From contig JASFLY010000011.1 in NCBI GenBank assembly GCA_050117845.1, forward strand, positions 1 through 64,000: DNA of 64,000 nucleotides, in the 5' to 3' direction. The notes beneath the pieces are model-generated. The model was not told the origin of the DNA and searched no databases. It saw only the letters and a list, made by a program, of their open reading frames with translations. The position numbers were made by a program, and so were the translations under genes. This document shows, one piece after another, positions 57,733-64,000 of the stretch. The first letter of the stretch is position 1. Every line of letters begins with the position of its first letter. This DNA is from Candidatus Zixiibacteriota bacterium. GTDB taxonomy: Bacteria > RBG-13-66-14 > B26-G2 > WVWN01.

Positions 57733-58305
57733 ATGGCTGCCGACGTCTGGGCCGGGATAATCGCTTTGGTCGAGGCCGGCGACGCCGCGGCCGCGGTTGA
57801 GCGGTGTCTGGCGTTCTGGGAACGAGAGGGCGGGCCGGCGGAGCGCCCCGAGGGGGACGACGACCCTATTCGGGCTCTCAATAGCCTCCTCACGGTGTGG
57901 CAGCAGATAGAGCTCTACGTGGGAGAGGTAAACCGGCGTTCGGCCAATCCCCGAACGTGGAAACTCCTGGCCTACGCCTATATGTGGGCCGGGGCGTACG
58001 TCCCCGCGCTGTTGCGTGCCGCCGAGCAGGCGCTGTTGGCGAGCGCGGCCCGGGAGGAAGATGAGGGCCGGGCGGCGAACATAGACGAGAAGATGGAGTT
58101 GTGCCGGCGCGCGCTCGCGGGGGAAAAGGAAGCCCGGGCGGAATTGATAGCCGGCGAAGAGGCCTTCGCGGCCAAGTTCACGGATTTCCCGGCGCGGGTC
58201 CCGATGCCCGAGCTGTTCGTGCGTTCCGGCGCCGCAAGGCAGGCCGAACTGACGATAACGGCAGCGGTTATCGCCCCCGATTTACTCGACATTCTAAACG
58301 ACTGA
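57733..58305 (+). CDS. hypothetical alpha-helical protein
   Basis: ATG immediately after the HD-GYP stop; GC3-rich codons. Confidence 0.65.
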   Translation: MAADVWAGIIALVEAGDAAAAVERCLAFWEREGGPAERPEGDDDPIRALNSLLTVWQQIELYVGEVNRRSANPRTWKLLAYAYMWAGAYVPALLRAAEQALLASAAREEDEGRAANIDEKMELCRRALAGEKEARAELIAGEEAFAAKFTDFPARVPMPELFVRSGAARQAELTITAAVIAPDLLDILND

Positions 58306-58313
58306 GGTTTCTT

Positions 58314-58709
58314 ATGGAACGGAAGTTAATAGGCCGGTGCGGGAAATATTGCGGCGAGTGTCGAATATACGTGGCCTTCCACGTCGAGGACGGCATGGCG
58401 GTTAAGGCGTTGGCCGCGGAAATGGGCGTAGGGCCGGACGAGATAAAATGCGAGGGGTGCCAGGGGCCGGCGGAAGACTGCTACAACGCCGCCTGTAAAA
58501 TAACCAAATGCCTCGACGAACGAGGGTATCGTTACTGCGCCCAGTGCGCCGAAATAAACGATTGCACGAAGTACGCCCAGATCAACCTGGAAGCCGGCGG
58601 CCGGCCCAAGATATATTCCTCCCAGCTTCGCGCCTGGGGCGAGGACCGCTGGATCCGCTTCCACCTCGGCGAGGGCGACGAGGAAGAGGGGGAGGGAGGC
58701 GACGAGTAA
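58314..58709 (+). CDS. DUF3795-family Cys-rich protein
   Basis: CGKYCGEC, CEGC, CKITKC, CAQC...C; acidic tail. Confidence 0.85.
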   Translation: MERKLIGRCGKYCGECRIYVAFHVEDGMAVKALAAEMGVGPDEIKCEGCQGPAEDCYNAACKITKCLDERGYRYCAQCAEINDCTKYAQINLEAGGRPKIYSSQLRAWGEDRWIRFHLGEGDEEEGEGGDE

Positions 58710-58744
58710 GGTCCGGCCTCCCCGGCCGGCGTCGTTGGGCGTTG

Positions 58745-59233
58745 ATGGACGAACACTCCCCCCGAGAATCGTACGACGCGGAGAGCGTAGCGGCCCGGGC
58801 CCTGGCCCTGTTCCGCGGCGGCTACAACTGCGCCGAAGCCGTGTCGACCGCCGTGGCCGAGGCGTTTGCGCCGGGGCAAACTTGTTTCCCGGCGGCCGCC
58901 GGGGGTTTCGGCGGCGGGATCGGCCGTCGGGGAGAGGTGTGCGGCGCGGTAACGGGGGCCGTAATGGCCCTGGGCCTGATCCGCGGCCGGCCGGCGGGAG
59001 ATAACGAGGACGAGGTTCGCAAGGCCAAGGACCGCACGTACGAGTCGGTAAACGAGATAGTCGGTTCTTTCGAAAACCGGTTCGGGAACATAGGCTGCCG
59101 GGAGCTTACGGGGTACGATTTAAGCAGCTCGGAAGGCCGCGAGAAATTCAGAGATGAAAAGATAGCCCAAAGACTATGCGAAGGTTTCGTGACGACGTCG
59201 GCGCGCGCGTTGGTGGAAGTTTTAACGAAATAA
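58745..59233 (+). CDS. C_GCAxxG_C_C family putative redox protein
   Basis: GYNCAEAV, GFGGGIG, CGAVTG, CRELTG, late Cys. Confidence 0.88.
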   Translation: MDEHSPRESYDAESVAARALALFRGGYNCAEAVSTAVAEAFAPGQTCFPAAAGGFGGGIGRRGEVCGAVTGAVMALGLIRGRPAGDNEDEVRKAKDRTYESVNEIVGSFENRFGNIGCRELTGYDLSSSEGREKFRDEKIAQRLCEGFVTTSARALVEVLTK

Positions 59234-59254
59234 TAAGGCTTTGACGCCACGCCG

Positions 59255-59276
59255 AAGCCGCCGTCGGGCGGCTTTT
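59255..59276 (+). terminator. probable terminator
   Basis: AAGCCGCC-gtcg-GGCGGCTT-TT. Confidence 0.55.
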
Positions 59277-59283
59277 AAAATAA

Positions 59284-60570
59284 ATGGGTGCCTGGTTCAA
59301 GGATATCATCGCGCGGAAACGGGACGGCGGCGCCGTATCCGGGGATGAGTGGCGACGCTTCGTCACGGCGGTTGTCGCGGGCGAACTGCCGGACTACCAG
59401 ATAGCCGCGTTCCTCATGGCCATATACTTCCGCGGGATGGACGAGGCCGAGACCGCCTCGCTCACGTCGGCGATGGCGGCCTCCGGAGAAAGGTTGCGGC
59501 TGAGCCCCGGGCCCTACGTCGACAAGCACTCCACCGGCGGCGTGGGGGACAGCGTTACGCTCGTCGCGGCGCCGTGGGCGGCGGCTTGCGGGGCCCGTAT
59601 AGCCAAGCTGTCGGGCCGGGGGTTGGGGCACACCGGCGGGACCATCGACAAGCTGGCGTCGGTGCCGGGCCTCGATTTGGCCCTCTCGGCTCGCCGCTTA
59701 CGGGCGCTGGCCGACCGCGTGGGGTGGACGGTCGCGGAGGCCCGGAACATAGCCCCCGCCGACAAGATACTGTACGCCCTGCGGGACGCCACCGCGACGG
59801 TGGAGGCGACGCCGCTCATCGTCGCGAGTATATTAAGCAAGAAATTGGCGGGCGGGGCGCCGGCGTTCGTCTTTGACGTCAAGGCCGGGAGCGGGGCCTT
59901 CGTGCCCGACGAGGCCGGGGCGCGGGACCTGGCGGAGCGCCTGGTGGCCGCGGCGCGGGCCTCGAAACGCCAAGCGGTGGCGATAGTAACGGCCATGGAC
60001 GAGCCGGTGGGCCGGGCGGTCGGGAACGCGCTCGAGGTCCGGGAAGCGGCGGACGCTTTGCGCGGCCGGGAGCCGGAAGACCTCGTCGAAATTTCCCGGT
60101 GCGTCGCCGCCGAGATGCTGGTGCTGGCGGGCGTCGCCTCGGCCGAGGACGCGCCGGGGAAACTGGACCGCGCGCTCGAGGAGGGACGCGCCTTCGGGAA
60201 ACTGGACGAGATGGCCCGCGCCCAGGGAGCCCCCGTCGATTGGCTAGAACGGCTGCCGGCTGCCACTTACACGCAAGTAGTATGCGCCGAAGAGGCCGGG
60301 TATATATCGCGGCTGGACGCCCGGGCGGTGGCTCGGGCGGCGAATGCCCTTGGCGCCGGCCGGGCGCGGGCGGAGGACGTCATTGACCCGGCCGCCGGCG
60401 TCGTTATTCACAAGAAGAAGGGCGAGGAGGTATCGCCGGGCGACGCGGTCCTGACCCTTTGCGCCAACGACGCGGAACTTTTGCCGGAGGCGGAAGGGTA
60501 CGCCCGCGACGCCATCGTTGTGGGCGAGAAACCGGCGCCCCGGCCGCTGATTATCGACATTATTCGTTAA
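59284..60570 (+). CDS. pdp: pyrimidine-nucleoside (thymidine) phosphorylase
   Basis: DYQIAAFLMA, DKHSTGGVGD, SGRGLGHTGGTIDKL, YALRDATAT, SILSKK, GNALEV. Confidence 0.95.
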   Translation: MGAWFKDIIARKRDGGAVSGDEWRRFVTAVVAGELPDYQIAAFLMAIYFRGMDEAETASLTSAMAASGERLRLSPGPYVDKHSTGGVGDSVTLVAAPWAAACGARIAKLSGRGLGHTGGTIDKLASVPGLDLALSARRLRALADRVGWTVAEARNIAPADKILYALRDATATVEATPLIVASILSKKLAGGAPAFVFDVKAGSGAFVPDEAGARDLAERLVAAARASKRQAVAIVTAMDEPVGRAVGNALEVREAADALRGREPEDLVEISRCVAAEMLVLAGVASAEDAPGKLDRALEEGRAFGKLDEMARAQGAPVDWLERLPAATYTQVVCAEEAGYISRLDARAVARAANALGAGRARAEDVIDPAAGVVIHKKKGEEVSPGDAVLTLCANDAELLPEAEGYARDAIVVGEKPAPRPLIIDIIR

Positions 60571-60593
60571 CGCGAACGGGAACGCGTTAAAAC

Positions 60594-60622
60594 TTGATAT
60601 CGCCCGGCCACGGGTTTATAAT
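60594..60622 (+). promoter_or_regulatory. sigma70 promoter
   Basis: TTGATA-N17-TATAAT. Confidence 0.7.
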
Positions 60623-60663
60623 CGAGGCGGAGAATATTTAAAAAACGTATAGGTATCCCCGAT

Positions 60664-62631
60664 ATGGAAAAAAACTCTAGCAATTTTCGCGCCATCTTGG
60701 TTGCGGCCCTGGTATGCGGGTGCGCCGTGGCGGCTATGACGGGCTTCCTCGTCAATCACGCGACATACGCTAAACAGCTATTAATATTAGCGGGATACGC
60801 CGGCCATATCGCCCTCTGGGCGGCGCTGACCTGGGCCGCCTATTTCGCCGGCCGGCTCGTTACACGGTATATATTCCGGCAGGAGAGCGTTTACTGGGAA
60901 ATCGAGCTCGCCGTAGGTTTCGTGGCCTTCGGCCTTACGACGTTGGCGCTGGGTGCGGCCCACCTGCTTTACCCGTGGGTCGTGCGCGGTATCGTTTTGG
61001 CCTTACTCGCGTTGTCGGCGCCGCTGGCCTGGCGCCGCGGCCGGGAGGCCGGGTCTTTCCTGCGGGAGAAGGCTGCGGGAGTATCCAACGGGACGTGGGT
61101 GCTGGTGGTCTTTTTAACGCCGCTGGTCGGGTCGATGCTATTGCAGTCGATGTTGCCGCCGTTCGAATGGGATTCGCTGGTTTACCACCTGTACATCCCC
61201 AAGGTATACGCCGAGACCCACCATCTGGTCTACCTTCCGCGCCTCGCGTACTCATCCATGCCTCTCGGCGGGGAGATGATATTCACGTGGGGATATTTGT
61301 GGGACGGCTTGGCGGGCGCTGCGGCGATGGCGCCTATCATCAACGGCTTGATGGCGGTGATAACCTGGCGTATAGCCCGGAGGTACTTGGATAACTTCTG
61401 GGCCACGGCCGCGGCGGCCTTCCTCGTCGTCACTCCCCTTTACTCTATATATTTCGGTTCGGCGTACGTCGATATGCTTGTCGGCGCCTTCGCCCTTATG
61501 GCGTTCGCGTTGTATTTGCGCGGGTTGAAGGGGGCCGGAGACGCTGCGTTGGCGGGATTTTTCCTGGGCGCTGCGATGGGGGTCAAATACACCGGCGTGT
61601 ACGGAGCGATAGCGTTGACGCCGATAATGGCGTGGGACGTTATAAGACGTCGTTTACCCTTCCGCCGGGTCGCGTTGGTGCTAGTGGTAGCGTTCGTCGT
61701 CGTGGCGCCGTGGCTACTTAAGGCGTATATCGAACGGGGGAACCCGGTGTTCCCGGCCATGTACGACGTATTCGGCGGCCGGGACCTATCGCCGGAGACG
61801 GCGGAGTACCTGGTGAAATGGCAGGCGTCCATCGGGATGGGGCGGGAGTTTGCGGATTATCTGCAACTTCCATACCGGTTATCGGTGGAGGCGGCGGGCG
61901 GCTACGAGCGCTTCGACGGAGTAATCCTGCCCTTCAGCTTCGTCTGCTTGTTGCTGGCGGTCGCTTTCTTCCGGCGCGGTAAATTAATCGTATATACGGT
62001 ATTGTACGTGGCCGCGTGGTCCCTGATAGCCTCGCAACAACTGCGCTTCATCAGCGCGGCCATGGGCACCTTCGCTATAATATCGGCGGGCGTGTTCGCC
62101 CATGCGGCCGGGGCGTTCAAACGAAGGTGGGTGAGGAACGCGGTGACCGTCCTTCTGGTCGGAGGCCCGATAATATTTAATTACGCGATTATTGCGAAGA
62201 CGACGTACTACGTTACGGCCTACGGCGTCGAAACGCTCGTACCGGCCGAGCCCGAGGTGTTTTTGGAGCGCCTGGCGAACCCGTATCCGGTAGATAGATA
62301 TATCAACGAGAACTTACCGGAGGACGCGGTTATCCTGATGATATTCGAGAATCATCTGTTATACTTGGAACGCGAGGCGATATACGACTCGTTTTTCGAG
62401 GCGTCCGGCACCTTAACGGCCGTATCCGAACTGGAAAACCCGGCGGCCGTGGCGGACTACGTTGAGAGCCTGGGGGCGACCTATATTCTGACGGGACGGT
62501 TCGGCGCGCCCGCCTTCTGGAAGTATTACGAACCGGCCACCCGAAATCTCTGGATAACGTACCTTGACGGCTATACGACGGTTATTTTTAATACGGTGGA
62601 TTTCGAACTCCGGGTAATTAACCCTCGGTAA
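60664..62631 (+). CDS. GT-C superfamily multi-pass membrane glycosyltransferase
   Basis: PP..WDSLVYHL..P, YVD, GVKYTG, GNPVFP and QQLRF motifs; many TMs. Confidence 0.75.
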   Translation: MEKNSSNFRAILVAALVCGCAVAAMTGFLVNHATYAKQLLILAGYAGHIALWAALTWAAYFAGRLVTRYIFRQESVYWEIELAVGFVAFGLTTLALGAAHLLYPWVVRGIVLALLALSAPLAWRRGREAGSFLREKAAGVSNGTWVLVVFLTPLVGSMLLQSMLPPFEWDSLVYHLYIPKVYAETHHLVYLPRLAYSSMPLGGEMIFTWGYLWDGLAGAAAMAPIINGLMAVITWRIARRYLDNFWATAAAAFLVVTPLYSIYFGSAYVDMLVGAFALMAFALYLRGLKGAGDAALAGFFLGAAMGVKYTGVYGAIALTPIMAWDVIRRRLPFRRVALVLVVAFVVVAPWLLKAYIERGNPVFPAMYDVFGGRDLSPETAEYLVKWQASIGMGREFADYLQLPYRLSVEAAGGYERFDGVILPFSFVCLLLAVAFFRRGKLIVYTVLYVAAWSLIASQQLRFISAAMGTFAIISAGVFAHAAGAFKRRWVRNAVTVLLVGGPIIFNYAIIAKTTYYVTAYGVETLVPAEPEVFLERLANPYPVDRYINENLPEDAVILMIFENHLLYLEREAIYDSFFEASGTLTAVSELENPAAVADYVESLGATYILTGRFGAPAFWKYYEPATRNLWITYLDGYTTVIFNTVDFELRVINPR

Positions 62632-62735
62632 TGAGAGGTAAGTCGAAGGAGACAGGGCGGCCGGTTTTTTAACGTAATAATTGAAGTAGTGCGCACAAAT
62701 GACTCATATATAATATGATACGCGGATAGGAAGCC

Positions 62736-64000
62736 GTGGTTGTAGATATTAAACGATTACTCATATTTTTACTCGTCGGGGCCGGCGCTGCTACGGCGGC
62801 TCCGCCCGAAACTACCCCGGCCGAAGACGCCGCCAAGCCGGCCAAGGCCGAAGACGAGGCTTACCACGTTGAGGCCGACGTCACCGAAGGCTACTACACC
62901 GCCGACGACCAGGTCCTGCACGGCGTCGGTAACGTCGTTATAATTCACGGAGATACGACGATCACCTGCGACGAGGCTTACTCTTACGAGAAGAAAAATC
63001 TGGCGACGCTTATCGGCAACGTCAAGGTAAGGGATAAAGTACAGGAATATACGCTGACGTCGGGATACGCGGAATACAAACGCGATAAAAAACTGTCGGT
63101 GGCGACCAAATCGCCCAAACTCGTCCTCGAGAAGGATAATCCCATAACGATTACCTCGGATATTATGCGGATGTGGACCGCGGACGAGTACGGCGAAGCG
63201 GCCGGGAATGTTAAGATAGTTTCTGAAGATGTAGAAGGTTTCGGCCGGAAATTAAAATATTTCGGGAAAGAGGACAGGGTCCGGCTTAGCGGCGACCCGG
63301 TCGTATTGCAGGAGGACAGCCGTCTGGCCGGGGACGTTATTACGATGTTTCTGGAGAAGGAGAAACTTCGCCGTACGGTGGTTGAAGGGTCGGCCCGGTT
63401 GTTGTACTTCTCGCGCGCTTCCGAAGAGGAAAAGGGGGCGGAGGCGGACGCCGGAGCGTTGGAGGAAATCCCTCCCGAGGTAACGCCGGAGGCGGCCGAA
63501 GAGGTTCCGGCCGGTGCCGACGCCGGGACCGCGGAGGAAACGGCCGCCGGCGCCCCTGGAGAAATACCGGGGGAGCGGCCCGATTTGGGGGATGTCGAAC
63601 TGGATATGACGCCGTCGAAGGCACCCGTGGCTTCCGGCGAGGAGGAAGCGGAGGAAGAACAACCTACCGGCCGCGTGGAGGCTTCCGGCGACAGGATGGT
63701 GGGCTTCTTCAAGGACGGCGTTATGGACCACGTAGATATTACCGGCGACGCGGAGGGGCACTACTGGCCTTTCGACGAGTTCGGCCGGGAGACGGGGGAG
63801 AAGGTGGATGCCGCCGGCGACCTCATTCGGGTTTCGATGGCCGGCGGCGACGTGAAGAAGATACTGGTTGAGGGTAACGCCGAAGGCGTATACCGGCCCG
63901 CCAAGGCGGAAGGTCGAAGCGGCGTTACACAAACCCAGGGCGACCGCATATCGGTGTTCGTGTCTGATCGGGAGGTCCGTCGCATCGTCGTATTCGGCCA
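62736..64000 (+). CDS. LptA/OstA-like beta-jellyroll protein, 3'-partial
   Basis: Signal peptide; GNVVIIHGDTTITCDEAY, GNVKV, LSGDPVVLQ..SRLAGDVI, repeated V.GNA motifs; open to the window end. Confidence 0.8.
   Translation, partial: MVVDIKRLLIFLLVGAGAATAAPPETTPAEDAAKPAKAEDEAYHVEADVTEGYYTADDQVLHGVGNVVIIHGDTTITCDEAYSYEKKNLATLIGNVKVRDKVQEYTLTSGYAEYKRDKKLSVATKSPKLVLEKDNPITITSDIMRMWTADEYGEAAGNVKIVSEDVEGFGRKLKYFGKEDRVRLSGDPVVLQEDSRLAGDVITMFLEKEKLRRTVVEGSARLLYFSRASEEEKGAEADAGALEEIPPEVTPEAAEEVPAGADAGTAEETAAGAPGEIPGERPDLGDVELDMTPSKAPVASGEEEAEEEQPTGRVEASGDRMVGFFKDGVMDHVDITGDAEGHYWPFDEFGRETGEKVDAAGDLIRVSMAGGDVKKILVEGNAEGVYRPAKAEGRSGVTQTQGDRISVFVSDREVRRIVVFG

Overview
GC-rich bacterial chromosomal window, mostly core and envelope genes. 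I saw no rRNA, tRNA, CRISPR array, prophage or transposase. The gene content indicates a diderm: lgt, an LptA/OstA-like protein, two C-terminal-Phe beta-barrels, and secreted peptidases with a T9SS/FlgD-Ig-like C-terminal domain. By inference this is an FCB-associated candidate phylum such as Coatesbacteria or Zixibacteria. About 55 CDS are supported, including leuS, asnS, hemW, degP, dnaJ, lgt, nfi, cdd, pdp, deoB, mtnA, yggS, a ClC channel, two CNNM/CorC proteins, a GAF-HD-GYP phosphodiesterase and three GT-C glycosyltransferases. Five reading frames are missing from the ORF track: a 58-aa 2[4Fe-4S] ferredoxin, a 44-aa secreted mini-protein, a 16-aa Leu-rich leader peptide, a TAA-interrupted ferritin-like gene and a partial cNMP-binding protein. 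The partial LptA-like gene at the window end is also untracked. Most interesting observations: (1) a complete candidate leaderless Leu-codon attenuator upstream of leuS; (2) a monocistronic mini-protein made of a signal peptide plus an S-x-G-x-V-K-x-L-Y motif, between a glycan-tailoring cluster and a giant transglutaminase-like protein; (3) an IscS-like protein with Arg in place of the PLP lysine but the catalytic Cys retained; (4) a covarying 28-nt REP-like palindrome family; (5) a single-chain tandem PurS; (6) an mtnA-deoB-outer-membrane-barrel operon. All family calls come from motif recognition by eye, not database searches.
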